The position numbers and the translations under genes are program-made. The notes below the pieces were generated by a model, which saw only the letters and a program-made list of their open reading frames with translations, ran no database searches and had not been told where the DNA came from. 64,000 nt of DNA from Octopus sinensis. Its lineage: Eukaryota. The stretch is taken from NCBI RefSeq assembly GCF_006345805.1, contig NC_043020.1, positions 10,354,001 to 10,418,000 of the forward strand. Direction: 5' to 3'. Positions 1-12,640 of this stretch are shown in pieces (within the stretch, counting starts at the first letter, position 1; every line of letters starts with the position of its first letter).

Positions 1-590
1 TCCCTCTCTCTCTCTCATTTTTACTCTTTCATTCTCTCTTTTACTCTCATTCTCTCTCTCCCCCTCTCTCTCCTCATTGTTACTCTTCATTCTCTCTTTT
101 ACTCATTCTCTCTCTCCCTCTCTCTCTCTCTCATTGTTACTCTTTCATTCTCTCTTTTACTCTCATTCTCTCTCTCTCATTTTTACTCTTTCATTCTCTC
201 TTTTACTCTCTCTCTCTCATTGTTACTCTTTCATTCTCTCTTTTACTCTCATTCTCTCTCTCCCTCTCTCTCTCTCTCTCATTTTTACTCTTTCCTTCTC
301 TCTTTTACTCTCTCTCTCTCTCTCTCTCATTGTTACTCTTTCATTCTCTCTTTTACTCTCATTCTCTCTCTCTCCCTCTCTCTCTCTCTCATTTTTACTC
401 TTTCATTCTCTCTTTTACTCTCATTCTCTCTCTCCCCCTCTCTCTCCTCATTGTTACTCTTTCATTCTCTCTTTTACTCTCATTCTCTCTCTCTCTCCCT
501 CTATCTCTCTCATTGTTACTCTTTCATTCTCTCTTTTACTCTCATTCTCTCTCTTTCTCCCTCTCTCTCTCTCCCTCTCTTTGTTTATAT
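1..590. repeat. CT-rich low-complexity minisatellite (TCTCATTGTTACTCTTTCATTCTCTCTTTTAC units)
   Basis: Direct reading; explains the Leu/Ser-rich spurious ORFs. Confidence 0.9.
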
Positions 591-1044
591 GTGATCATCT
601 AGTTATGTTTGTATGTCTCTCTCAACTCACCATGGCTGTAGTGGAAAGCATAGCCTAGTGCCCCACGTTGAGACTGAACCCACAACCATGTGAATCGGAA
701 GGGAAGCAAACTTCGTATCACACAATCATGTCTTTCCCTTATATATATACATATAGCAATATGAAATGAAGTGTTTTGCACAGCTGATCTGGGATTTGAA
801 ACCATGATCTCAAGATCACGAGTGCAACATGACTAACCACTAGGTCATGTGCCTCCACAAACCTGGGCTAGTTGAATTCATTAGCTTTTTATATTCTGGA
901 GTGTTTTTCTAGAAGGTTAGACCTGACATTTTGGTAGGGAAATTTTCACACATTATTTGAAGTTCACCATGTCAGCCAGTTGTGAGTTAGCCAATATCAG
1001 TTGTTCAAGCCATGCTCAGGTAGGCATTTATATCTTTATTATTT

Positions 1045-1435
1045 TATTCTTTTACTTGTTTCAGTCATTTGACTGTGGCCATGCTGGAGCACCGCCTTTT
1101 TAGTCAAGCAAATCGCCCCAGGACTTATTCTTTGTAAGCCTAGTACTTATTCTATCGGTCTCTTTTGCCGAACCGCTAAGTTACAGGGACATAAACACAC
1201 CAGCACCAGTTGTCAAACAATGTTGGGGGGACAAACACAGACACACAAACATATACACACATATATATATACGACGGGCTTCTTTCAGTTTCCGTCTACC
1301 AAATCCACTCACAAGGCTTTGGTCGACTTGGGGCTACGGTAGAAGACACTTGCCCAAGGTGCCACACAGTGGAACTGAACCTGGAACCATGTGGTTGGTA
1401 AGCAAGCTACTTACCACATAGCCACTTTTGCGCCT
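1045..1435 (-). mobile_element. tRNA-derived SINE family A (head GGCGCAGGAGTGGCTGTGTGG, CORE-like TTGGGCAAGTGTCTT, tail TGACTGAAACAAGTAAAAGAG)
   Basis: A/B-box-like head; related copies near 7720, 10008, 12835, 25894, 28370, 29565, 30385, 37790, 38810, 39715, 40428, 44146, 51230, 51776, 59835 and 61045. Confidence 0.85.
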
Positions 1436-1470
1436 ATTGATTTCTTTTCTTATTGACTTTTTTTTTTCAG

Positions 1471-1590
1471 TCTCTTGCTATCAACAAAATTGATATTTGG
1501 GCAAGCCATGCCAAAGGTCATGTCTGGGAAATGCAAGGAGAATTTGAAAAAGGAATTGATTATTTTGACAAAACCGAAAAGGATTGGTCA
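1471..1590 (+). CDS. TTC38: TTC38 internal exon (SLAINKIDIWASHAKGHVWEMQGEFEKGIDYFDKTEKDWS)
   Basis: Polypyrimidine tract-CAG acceptor, GTAAGT donor, 120 nt, phase 0/0; resembles human TTC38 [21 protein letters not shown] (recalled sequence). Confidence 0.92.
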
Positions 1591-1728
1591 GTAAGTAATT
1601 TTTTTGTTGTTGTTGTTGCTGTTTAGCCCTTGGTCAAACCTGATCAGGCAGTCTGGAGGTGTTCACACCAATACTGTCCAGTCTTTTTAGTGATATCTAG
1701 AACTAAGTTAACCAGTGTGCCCTTTATA

Positions 1729-2293
1729 TTGGGTTGTCCGGAAAGTTCATGCCAATTTTTAAAGGAAAGAATAAGATCAAAAATACTTGCCATTACATTT
1801 TTAATCAACCAAATATGAACCATTTTGTTGCACAATGCGTCTTCATCTTTCCTTTAACTTGAAAATACCCTCTTCCCAGAATTGAGGTGGCTTCATGGTA
1901 AAGAATTCATCAAGGTATATTTTTATGTCATCCAAGGAATTGAAATTTTTACCATTAAGACTATTCTGCAGAGACTTGAATAAGTGGAAATCCGAAGGAG
2001 TAATATCTGGTGAATATTGAGGGTGGGGTAACACATCCCAGCCGAGCTGCAGCAATTTTTGTCTGGTTCCCAAAGCAACAAGTGCTGAAAATGAACTTTC
2101 TTATCTTCCATTTTAAAGGGTTACAGAATTAACACAGGTTATAGGAACATAAACCTTCTCCCACAAAAAGATAGCTTAAACTGTGCACTAAATGGAGGTG
2201 TAGACAAACCCTATTTTATGGACTCAACCATGTTCTAAAATAAGTCGAAAGGTTAGCTACTATAAATCGGCACGAATTTTCCAGACAACCCAA
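1729..2293 (-). mobile_element. Internally deleted mariner element with both TIRs
   Basis: TIR TTGGGTTGTCCGGAAAGTTCATGCCAATTT and its inverted match ending at 2293; TA at left, CA at right; transposase remnant WDVLPHPQYSPDITPSDFHLF. Confidence 0.85.
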
Positions 2294-2644
2294 CATTTTT
2301 TACAATGTGATGTTTAATATGCGGCAGATCTGGTGGTTTTACCTGCTTAAGCAGTGATGGCACCAGTAGTGATGGTCATGTTTTATAATGATGTAGTTGT
2401 TTGTATTATTATTGTTGTTATTGTTTCTACATTTGTTGCTATTGCCGTTGTGGTTGTTGTGATTGTTGCTGCTACTGTTGCTATTGTTGTCATCATTGTT
2501 ATTGTTGCTGGTGTTGTTATTGCTACTGTTGTTGTTGTTGTCTTCTTCTTCTTTTTCTTGTTCTTCTTCTCCTAGACTAGGGTGTGAAAGATTACCACAC
2601 CATAATGGGCTACACCATGGTTCCTCTGCTTTGTGGCTTTGTGT

Positions 2645-3390
2645 ATATATAAAAGGCAGGATGTGTGTGTGTGTGTGTACGTGAATATAATTTGTGCACG
2701 TCCACAAATTAGCACGCATGTCGCTCTAATTTTAGGAGGACATTCATCATGATCCTAGCTAGGTTTTGTCAACTTATTTTTCCCAAGGCATCCACAAATA
2801 GCAGTAAAAATTGATTTTCAACCATAACTTTAACCAATTTCAAAGTTTGCTAACATGAGTTAAGTCCCCTTCTTGCCATAGCAGAGTGAAAGTGTGTGTG
2901 TGTGTGTGTGTGTGAGGGAGAGAGAAGTTGTGCGTTGATGTGTGTGTGTGTTTGTGAGGGAGATAGAATAAGAGACAGTGTTCATCAAAAATAAAAATGT
3001 AAAATGTTTTTTTTCTTAAACACGAGATATAGTCTTCAAATTTAGGATGTTTTTGAAAGACACTGTATTTTATAATCAGATTATATATACTTTCTCACAC
3101 AACAATTAAAATACATTTATTTCATATCACTTATTTATCTATTTATCTATAAAAGGCAGGCTGTGTGTGTGTGTGTGTGTGTACGTGAATGTAATTTATG
3201 CACATCCACAAATTAGCATGCGTGTCGCTCCAATTTTAAGCCATTGGTCATGCTCATGGGGCTGTGTTTTTGTCAACTTATTTTCCCCCGAGGCACCTGC
3301 GGATAGTGGTAGAAATAGATTTTCAAATTTTTACCAATTTCCACGTCAGTGAAATCCATAAGTTTGCTAATATGAGTTAAGTCACCAGTC
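2645..3390 (+). repeat. Two related ~240-bp repeat copies (TATAAAAGGCAGG...CCACAAATTAGCA), possibly Helitron 5' ends
   Basis: Direct similarity between copies at ~2645 and ~3146. Confidence 0.5.
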
Positions 3391-4318
3391 TAGCAATGGC
3401 GAGAAAGAAAAACAAAGGGTAAATTTTTAGATTAACACCTGCATGATTTTCACTATGAAAAAAGAAAAAAACTCGGATTTTTTTGCATGGAATCAAGTAC
3501 CCTGACCCCCTAATATGCTGCAAATCCCTTATTTTGGTTCAGAGAAAAGTGGGATAGGGCGAGGGGGGAACCCCCCCATCCTGGAATCAATGGAAATTTT
3601 TTTTCATTGAATGAATTATTGTGACCTCCTAATGTGCTACAAAAACCGTTTTTTGGGTCCAATAAACGGGGTGGGGTGAGGTTGAAACCTCGGAAATTTC
3701 ACCCTCCCCTCATTGATCTTTTCACCCATACAATTTTCACTACGGAAAAAAAAAATCTGATTTTTTTTGCGTGCAATCAAGTACCCTGACCTTCTAATAT
3801 GCTGCAAACCCCTTATTTTCGTTCGGAAAAAGAGGGGTGGAGCAAGGTCTGGGAAGCCAGGAGGCAGCACCAGCCCCCAATCTGATCTGACAGTGGATGG
3901 CCTTCCTAATGCCAACCACTCCAAGAATGTAGTGAGTCTTTTTAAATGCCACCGGCACTGGCAGCAGAAGAGCTGGCATCGACCACAATCGGATGGTGCT
4001 TTTTACGTGCCACTGGCACAGGGCTCACAACTAAAATTTCTATTTTATTTGATTTAGATATTGATGTTGATGCTGATGTAGTTGACTCATTTGGTCTCCT
4101 CAAGCATGGCATGTTGCCCTATGATCCAAGGTACTTTTGAGTGGGCTGGTTATGCTACACTGGTGTAGGTTACAGCTGTGGACTCACTTTATTTGCCGGG
4201 TCTTCTCAGCCACAGTGTACCTCCAGAGGTCTGTCTATTAGAAATATTTTCTTAAGACTAAAGCTGCTGTTAATGGTGTTTCCACCGCACATCCATGCCA
4301 TGTTGGTTGTACAAGAAT

Positions 4319-4319
<1 letters not shown>

Positions 4320-4365
<46 letters not shown>

Positions 4366-4414
4366 ACCATCTATCCATCCATCCATCCATCCATCCATCC
4401 ATCCATCCATCCAA

Positions 4415-4451
<37 letters not shown>

Positions 4452-4469
4452 CATCTATCTATCTATCTT

Positions 4470-4532
<63 letters not shown>

Positions 4533-4537
4533 ATCTT

Positions 4538-4585
<48 letters not shown>

Positions 4586-4725
4586 GCTATCTATCTATTT
4601 ATATATCTATCTATCTATTTTTCTGTCTTTCTATCTTTCTATCTATCTGTCTGTCTATCTATCCATCCATTCATCCATCCACCCACCCATTCATCCAACC
4701 AACCAACCAACCAACCAACCTATCA
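4320..4725. repeat. (ATCT)n/(ATCC)n/(AACC)n compound microsatellite
   Basis: Direct reading. Confidence 0.95.
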
Positions 4726-4927
4726 ACCATATAATATCTGTACATTACCCCTGTATTTACCATATCATTGTTACATTATCTTCCTCTATTACATGCCATT
4801 GCTTCATCTCTATATTGCTTCTATATATCTGCTTTATCTGTTATATCAGTTAAATAATGCATGATGTCATAAGACAAGTGACCTTCATATAAACTTTGAT
4901 TGTTTCTTTGGTATTTTTTTTTTGCAG

Positions 4928-4987
4928 TCATGTGACATGTTAGCTTATCATGTTTACTGGCATTGGGCTGTGTACCACATTGAAAAG
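4928..4987 (+). CDS. TTC38: TTC38 exon (SCDMLAYHVYWHWAVYHIEK)
   Basis: TTTGCAG acceptor, GTAAGT donor, 60 nt; matches the TTC38 motif DMLACHNYWHWALYLIEK. Confidence 0.95.
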
Positions 4988-5044
4988 GTAAGTCTCTACT
5001 CCTTTGACTCCATCACATTAAATAATAATAATAATAATAAAACT

Positions 5045-5592
5045 TTCCGGCACTTGTGCTGGTGGCACGTAAAAAGCACCGTCCGAATGTGGCCGATGCC
5101 AACGCCACCTTGACTGGCTTCTGTGCCGGTGGCATGTAAAAAGCACCAATCCGATTGTGGCCGTTGCCAACGCCACCTTGACTGGCTTCTGTGCTGGTGG
5201 CACGTAAAAAGCACCAATCTGATTGTGGCCGTTGCCAACGCCACCTTGACTGGCTTCTGTGCCGGTGGCACGTAAAAAGCACCAATCCGATTGTGGCCGA
5301 TGCCAACGCCACCTTGACTGGCTTCTGTGCTGGTGGCACGTAAAAAGCACCAATCTGATTGTGGCCGTTGCCAGCCTCGCCTGGCACCTGTGCCGGTGGC
5401 ACATAAAAAGCACCCATTACACTCACGGAGTGGTTGGCATTAGGAAGGGCATCCAGCTGTAGAAACACTGCCAGATCAGACTGGGGCCTGGTGCAGCCTT
5501 CTGGCTTCCCAGATCCCCGGTCGAACCGTCCAACCCATGCTAGCATGGAGAACGGACGTTAAACGATGATGATGATGATGATGATGATGATG
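5045..5592 (+). mobile_element. RTE-type 3' end / RTE-tailed short element with internal 68-bp tandem array and (GAT)n tail
   Basis: GGTTGGCATTAGGAAGGGCATCC motif and GAT tail; related copies near 3850, 7200, 24070, 25150, 27955, 28580, 31590 and 62290. Confidence 0.75.
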
Positions 5593-6394
5593 AATACTTT
5601 CTACAGAAAACACAAAGCCTGAAATTTGTGGGGAGGGGATTAGTTGGTTACATCGACCCCAGTGTTTCACTGGGACTTAATTTATTAACCCCAAAAAGAT
5701 GAAAGGTGAAGCTGCCCTCGGCGGAATTTGAACTCACAACATAGTGATGGGCGATATACCACTAAGTATTTCATCCAGCATGCTAACGATTGGTTGTTAT
5801 TAGCGCAACTTATCTTTTACTCTGTCACGCCAATCTGCAGTGTATAACCAATTGAAGCCTCTAAATAAGATCACATGAGACAGCTTGTTCTCAACCCAGT
5901 TTGAGCCTAAGCTCTTTATAAAAACCCAGCTTCACCTCGTCTCAAGGTCTTTGGTTCCTGACCTTTTAAGGTCCAGCCACTCACCATACAAGGCAGCCAG
6001 TTCCAGTAACAACACAACAGCAGCCACATTGAGACTTACCAACTTCGTCCAACAGCATTACAACAATCTCTTTCTCTGTAGCCACCATCAGCTTCTTAAC
6101 ACCATCAACATCATCTCTCTACATACACAGCTCAACCAGCAACTCACCCAGGTTCTAACACTTCATTGTTCTTGAATTACTTCACCATGGATCAACAGCG
6201 AATATATAACCTGCAAGAACTCCTATACCAAGTGATCCAGGAAGCAGCATTACAGCCACAACATCATGTATGACATGTACCGCAACCAGCTCAGCATCAT
6301 GGCCGCAACTTCTTGATACAGTATTTCAACTACTGTGTACAATTGACTACAAACTGGTTTTCTCATTCTTGTGTAGTCAATGGCTAGCCTTTAA

Positions 6395-6610
6395 CCCTTT
6401 TGATACCAACCCGGCCAAAACCGCCTCTGGCTCTGTTGTACAAATGTCTTGTTTTCATAAGTATCAAATTTTCTACCAAACCTTAGTCACAATTTATGTT
6501 CCTAACACTAGCTTAATGATAACCAAGTTATTTTATTAAATTCTTTGTTATATTTAAAATTAATTTAAAGAAACACAGAGCACCTCAACAGAAATATGGT
6601 AACAAAAGGA
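6395..6610. mobile_element. piggyBac-like MITE
   Basis: TTAA|CCCTTTTGATACC ... GGTAACAAAAGGA|TTAA: TIR with 2 mismatches and TTAA target duplication. Confidence 0.65.
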
Positions 6611-7470
6611 TTAAAAGGTCTGAAACCAAAAACCTCGAGACTAGAAGAAGCTGTAGGCTCCTTATAAAATCCTTAGCAGCATTTCACCTGTTTCCATGTT
6701 TTGAGTCCAAATGATTTTTGCTCGGGTTATATAAGGGAAGTAACTCTCTAAAAATGCTTATATAGTTATTTCCCTTACAAACCCGAACAACGCCAGGTGA
6801 TACTGCTAGTTTAAAATAATTGAGAGAAAAACAGAATCTCAAAATAAATACAGTAATGAAAGGGTTAAACCGGGGCAAGTCAACACCTACAGGAAAGACA
6901 TGGACACAGAGGGCATTCCAGGAGTTTAACAATATGAAGAGGAAGACTTGCATGTATGACTAGTGCAGGGCCCGGAGGTCTGGACACAGTGTGGGTAATG
7001 GTAGAAGACATGTGTGAATCAGGAATGCTTGAGTGGGGATAGTATGGGACCAGCCAGCTCTGATGAGCAGGGGCCATGATAGTAGTTGTAGAAAAGGTAA
7101 AGAGAGGAGAATCAGAAGATCGTTTAGTCCAGTGACCTTTCTCTAAATACAGTCTGTATGTGTAGTAGCAACAGCAGCAGCTGTTGCAGTAGCAGTATTC
7201 TGTTTAACGTCCGCTTTCCATGCTAGCATGGGTTGGACGATTTGACTGAGGACTGGCGAGCCAGATGGCTGCACCAGGCTCCAGAGGGCAAAACTCCATT
7301 GGTATTATTATTACTCTCACCTGTGTCTTGGACAGTACCAGTAATTATTTTGGGGGCAAGATGTGGTGTCTTTTATGACTCTAAAGAAAAAGGCCAGAAT
7401 TGAAGCCCACAAGGTAACTGAATATTGGTTTCTAGTAAGTTCAATTTCTTATTTTCTTCTTTCATTATAG

Positions 7471-7509
7471 GGAGACTATGCTTCAGCCATGGAAATTTAC
7501 AAAAGAGGG
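7471..7509 (+). CDS. TTC38: TTC38 exon (GDYASAMEIYKRG)
   Basis: TTATAG acceptor, GTAAGT donor, 39 nt; corresponds to GEYEAALTIYDTH. Confidence 0.88.
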
Positions 7510-7721
7510 GTAAGTACTAATTTTTTTTAAATCTCATTTATTGTAAAAAAGGGATTTTTGTTTTTATGAATTTGAATTTTTGCTGTCAGTTTTCTGTTTA
7601 TGTAATTATGTTTTCTACATCAATATATGGCGGTGCCCCAGCATGGCCACAGCTCGTGAGCTGAAACTAGATGAAATAAAATAAAAATAAAATAGATATC
7701 AATTGGTATCAAAATGTTCCC

Positions 7722-8646
7722 AGGAGTGGCTGTGTGGTAAGTAGCTTGCTTACCAACCACATGGTTCCGGGTTCAGTCCCACTGCGTGGCATCTTGGGCA
7801 AGTGTCTTCTGCTATAGCCTCGGGCCGACCAATGCCTTGTGAGTGGATTTGGTAGACGGAAACTGAAAGAAGCCTATCGTATGCATGCATATATGTGTAT
7901 ATATATATATGTTTGTGTATATGTTTGCATGTCTGTGTTTGTCCCCCTAGCATTGCTTGACAACCGACACTGGTGTGTTTTCGTCCCCGTCACTTAGCAG
8001 TTCAGCAAAAGAGACTGATAGAATAAGTACTAGGCTTACAAAAGAATAAGTCCCGGGGTCGATTTGCTCGACTAAAGGCGGTGCTCCAGCATGGCCGCAG
8101 TCAAATGACTGAAACAAGTAAAAGAGTAAAAGAGAAAAGAGCATTAGTAGAATAAGTACTAGGTTTACAAAGAATAAGTCCCGGGGTCGATTTGCTCGAC
8201 TAAAGGCGGTGCTCCAGCATGGCTGCAGTCAAATGACTGAAACAAGTAAAAGAGTAAAAGAGAAAAGAGCATTAGTAGAATAAGTACTAGGTTTACAAAG
8301 AATAAGTCCCGGGGTCGATTTGCTCGACTAAAGGCGGTGCTCCAGCATGGCTGCAGTCAAATGACTGAAACAAGTAAAAGAGTAAAAGAGAAAAGAGCAT
8401 TAGTAGAATAAGTACTAGGTTTACAAAGAATAAGTCCCGGGGTCGATTTGCTCGACTAAAGGCGGTGCTCCAGCATGGCCGCAGTCAAATGACTGAAACA
8501 AGTAAAAGAGTAAAAGAGAAAAGAGAATAAGTAGAATAAGTACTAGGTTTACAAAGAATAAGTCCCGGGGTCGATTTGCTCGACTAAAGGCAGTGCTCCA
8601 GCATGGCCGCAGTCAAATGACTGAAACAAGTAAAAGAGTAAAGAGA
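7722..8646 (+). mobile_element. SINE family A copy with its 128-bp tail repeated 5 times
   Basis: Unit boundaries at 8141, 8269, 8397 and 8525. Confidence 0.88.
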
Positions 8647-8698
8647 ATATTGAATTGTTAAAGTAACTTCTGAATCATTCTTTCTATTTCATCTTCAG

Positions 8699-8771
8699 AT
8701 TCATCCAGATGTTGCAGGCTTTATAGCCATCAAAGATTCAGCTTCCTTCTTATACCGTCTTGGACTGGAAG
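8699..8771 (+). CDS. TTC38: TTC38 exon (IHPDVAGFIAIKDSASFLYRLGLE+G)
   Basis: TTCAG acceptor, GTTAGT donor, phase 0/1; corresponds to DSCSMLYRLQMEG. Confidence 0.9.
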
Positions 8772-10562
8772 GTTAGTAAACTATTTTGTTAAAGAAATTG
8801 CTGCTACTACTGCTGCTTATTATACTTTTCCTCATCTCCTCCATTCCTTCTAGAGCAGGCCTGGCCAACTCAAATTACATTGCGGGCCACTTTAATCACA
8901 GAAAGTTTTTTGAGGGTCGCTTGTATACTTTATGCATTGTAATTTGATTGTTGGTTGGCATCCTTTCTGTCTCGGGAGACAATGGAGTTGCGCATAAAGT
9001 AGTCTAGTCCGGCTTTTATATTTCATGTCCTGATACATTTCCTGCTGTGGCTGTGTAGTCCTATCCTGGACAAACACTCCCTCTGGCAGGTACCGCAAAT
9101 GTAGCGAAGACTGTTCCTGGCTGGTTGTAGTGCCATAGTCTCTTGTTTACGTCTCTTCCTTTCTTTCCATTTCTCCTCTCTCTCTCTGTCACTCCTTTGT
9201 ATTCCCTCTTTTACGGTATGTCGCCATTCTCCACGGTTGCCGGCAACTGCCTCCCAACCGCTTTCACATGCCTTTCAGACATCAGATGATGGAGTGTTTC
9301 TGCACAGTAGAAGTGACGGGAAACTGTTCAATTTGATTAAAGTATTGAGTATAATTTTATATACTTCAATCAAATCAAAGAATCAAGAATTTTTCATACT
9401 TTTCTTTTTACTCTTTTACTTGATTTCTAAGAGAACTGTCTGCTCTCATGGCTTACTCAACCAGAAGAAAATTCTAACTGGGCCCCACCTGCAAGGTCAT
9501 GTACTGTTTATCTTGATATGAGATCACCATGCCATGCACATATGGTTGTGATGCATGTGATGCATGTGCCTAGTGTACCCTTATCAGACGGTTAGTCATG
9601 ATGGGTATACTGGGCTTCGTATATTTTACCCCAGTGTCACTTTGATGGCATGCACTGCTCTCTCACTCAATAATAATAATCATATTGATTTCAAATTTTT
9701 TTGTATCTCAGTGCTATGAGCTAACTTAAGTGGGTTTATTTTGGGACAACAAGTCACCTTCTGTAACCTCAGCCCTCCCAAAACTTTCAAATGCTCTTCA
9801 CCATTCCTAAAAAGATAGGCCAGTTGTATGTAATCTGGGTGTATGTATTCTGTATTCTAGTAGCAAGCCAGTCTTTTCTGTCCACTCCTTGAGCTTCTTA
9901 AACTGTTATTAAACTGTTATGGCTCCAATGACAATCAGTATGACCTCACTTCTTCTACAACCCCACAATCTGCTCATTTCTCTTTTCAGGTCCTGGTATA
10001 TCTCTCTTTTACTGGGTTCAGTCATTTGACTGTCGCCATGCAGGAGCACCACCTTTTAGGCGAGAAAATCGTCCCCGGGACTTATTGCTTGTAAGCCTAG
10101 TACTTATTCTATCGGTCTCTTTTGCTGAACTGCTAAGTTACGGGGACGTAAACACACCAGCATCAGTTGTCAAGCGATGTTGGGGAGACAAACACAGACT
10201 CACTAACATATACACACACATGCATATATATACATATATACATATATACAATGAGCTTCTTTCAGTTTCCGTCTCCAAATCCACTCACAAGGCTTTGGTC
10301 GGCCCGAGGCTATAGTCGAAGACACTTGCCCAAGGTGCCACGCAGTGGGACTGAACCCAGAACCATGTGGTTGGTAAGCAAGCTGCTTACCACACAGCCA
10401 CTCCTTGTTAATTTCTTTTTCTGTTATTCTTGTATCAATTACATAACAAGGTCACATCAATTACATAACAAGTCCATTTCCTTTTCTCAAGCGTTAAGAT
10501 ACCTGATCCTTTATGTTAAAGGGCTTAATGACTGATGTTTCTAAATTCTTACATTCGCACAG

Positions 10563-10728
10563 ATATTGACTGCAGCAAGGAATGGAAGGCTGTCTTCGAC
10601 GTATGTCGTTCCCATACGGAGGATCACTTTTTTATGTTCCAAGATATACATATCCTAATGGCATTGTTGAGTGCAGATGAAATGAAAATAGCACAGGAGT
10701 TTACACATTCTATGACCAGTGGTTCTGT
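10563..10728 (+). CDS. TTC38: TTC38 exon (DIDCSKEWKAVFDVCRSHTEDHFFMFQDIHILMALLSADEMKIAQEFTHSMTSGS)
   Basis: ACAG acceptor, GTAAGT donor, phase 1/2 fits both neighbours; corresponds to RWQDV..KHSRDHILLFNDAHFLMA. Confidence 0.93.
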
Positions 10729-10936
10729 GTAAGTCGATTCTTACTGAATGTTGGTTAGTGTTGAGTAATTTCTGATATTGTTGTTATTTAGTCTCAGGTG
10801 AGCCCTGTTCAAACAGATCTATGATTAAAAGCATTCTAGCCATGACGATATCTGGTGAATAACAGCAATATTAGATAATTTCTGTTTATGACTGATTTAT
10901 ATGCTGAAAGACAAAGAACATTATTGTTGTTGTTGT

Positions 10937-10982
<46 letters not shown>

Positions 10983-10999
10983 GCAGCAGCAGCAGCAGT

Positions 11000-11420
11000 G
11001 GAGGCGCAATGGCCCAGTGGTTAGGGCAGCAGACTTGCGGTTGGAGGGTCGCGGTTTCAATTCCCAAACCGGGCGTTGTGTGTGTTTATTGAGCGAAAAC
11101 ACCTAAAAGCTCCACGAGGCTCCGACAGGGTGTGGTGGCGACCCCTGTTGTACTCTTTCGCCCCAACTTTCTCTCACTCTTTCTTCCTGTTTCCTGTCCC
11201 CGACTTCCTACGCAACCGCTGAGCCTGGATGCGCATTCATCCATCCGTCGATGCTCTCGGTGTCAGGGGTTGACCTGCTTTCTCTTCTGCGGGTCTTACG
11301 AATAGCAAAAGACCAACGTTTCGGACTTCTCCCACTACAGAGGCGCGATCTTGCGAGCTCTGGGATGAAGACCGCTTCGCTCAACAAACAAACAAACAAA
11401 CAAACAAGCAGCAGCAGCAG
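11000..11420 (+). mobile_element. tRNA-derived SINE family C, near full length, with (AAAC)n(AGC)n tail
   Basis: Head GGAGGCGCAATGGCCCAGTGGTTAGGGCAGCAGACT...GGTTTCAATTCCC; partial inverted copy at ~14530-14770. Confidence 0.8.
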
Positions 11421-11669
11421 AACTGAGAAAAGCATCTCAGATGTGCTTGCAGAAGTGAGGGGAAATTGTCAAATCACCATCTGAGTTATCAGAAGATATG
11501 CAGATTAGTTATGGTTCAGTTCAGTCCATTATCACAACAAAATAAAATATCAATCAAGCACTGGGGCCAATTTAAACAACTAAACCCACATCCTATTCCC
11601 AATAACATTTCTGACCTTGTACCTATGCCAGGAGCAATTTTTAATATCATCATCACCACCACCACCACC

Positions 11670-11703
<34 letters not shown>

Positions 11704-11741
11704 TCATCACCACCACCACCACTACCACCACCACTACAACC

Positions 11742-11794
<53 letters not shown>

Positions 11795-11847
11795 TGTCAT
11801 TATCATTTCATTTCATTTTATTTTGTCTTGTTTTATTTCTTTTTCAG

Positions 11848-12004
11848 TCCCACTAGTAAATATTTCCTGAAAATTCTAGAAGAAGTTGGCAAAGCTGTGT
11901 GTGAGGCTCTTGTAGCTTATAAAGAAGGGGATTATGCAGAGGTTGTAGAGTTGCTGATGCCAATTCAATTCCAGCTTCGTGAAGTTGGAGGAAGCAATGC
12001 TCAG
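11848..12004 (+). CDS. TTC38: TTC38 exon (PTSKYFLKILEEVGKAVCEALVAYKEGDYAEVVELLMPIQFQLREVGGSNAQ)
   Basis: TTTTCAG acceptor, GTGAGT donor, phase 2/0; contains the GGSNAQ motif. Confidence 0.95.
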
Positions 12005-12234
12005 GTGAGTTGACTGTGGAATTATTTTTTTATTTTTTTGGTAAATTTCCTCATGGAAGTAAGTGTAGTTGTTATTGTTATTGTTTAGCCCTCTACTGGT
12101 CAATTCTGATGAAAGGTTTCCACTTGTGACCATCTCAATCAAATTTCAGGCCTAAAGTTCTAAGCTCATTAAAATAGTGTAAAATGTTCTTTACTATAGT
12201 TTACTATAGACGTAAGGAATACAGAAACACACAT

Positions 12235-12283
<49 letters not shown>

Positions 12284-12409
12284 CACACACACACACACAC
12301 TCACACATGTATAGAATTGATAATACGAAAACAGCAAAATGTACACATACAAAGTTGAAACAAAACGAAATGTCGTCAATATAGGTGCAAAGCATACTTT
12401 CTGTAGCTA

Positions 12410-12640
12410 TTTCTTTACTACCCACAAGGGGCAAAACACAGAGAGGACAAACAAGGACAGACAAACAGATTAAGTCGATTATATTGACCCCAGTGCGTAA
12501 CTGGTACTTAATTAATCGACCCCGAAAGGATGAAAGGCAAAGTCGACCTTGACGGAATTTGAAATCAGAACGTAATGGCAGACGAAATACCGCTAAACAT
12601 TTTGCCCGGCGTGCTAACGTCTCTGCTAGCTCGCCGCCTT
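12410..12640 (-). mobile_element. tRNA-derived SINE family B (head GGCGGCGAGCTGGCAGAA, core GCCTTTCATCCTTTCGGGGTCGATAAATTAAGTACC)
   Basis: Copies also near 22537, 25385, 29836, 33404, 49560, 55507, 56458 and 60600. Confidence 0.85.

Noticed and set aside
77-658. Long Leu/Ser-rich ORFs
   Set aside because: Translation of a CT-rich simple repeat
8020-8646. CRISPR-like regular arrays (also 21849-22770 and 48430-50243)
   Set aside because: No unique spacers, units derive from SINEs or a minisatellite, no cas genes, eukaryotic context
11000-11075. tRNA-like sequences (also the heads of SINE families A and B)
   Set aside because: They are SINE heads continuous with SINE bodies and tails; no complete cloverleaf
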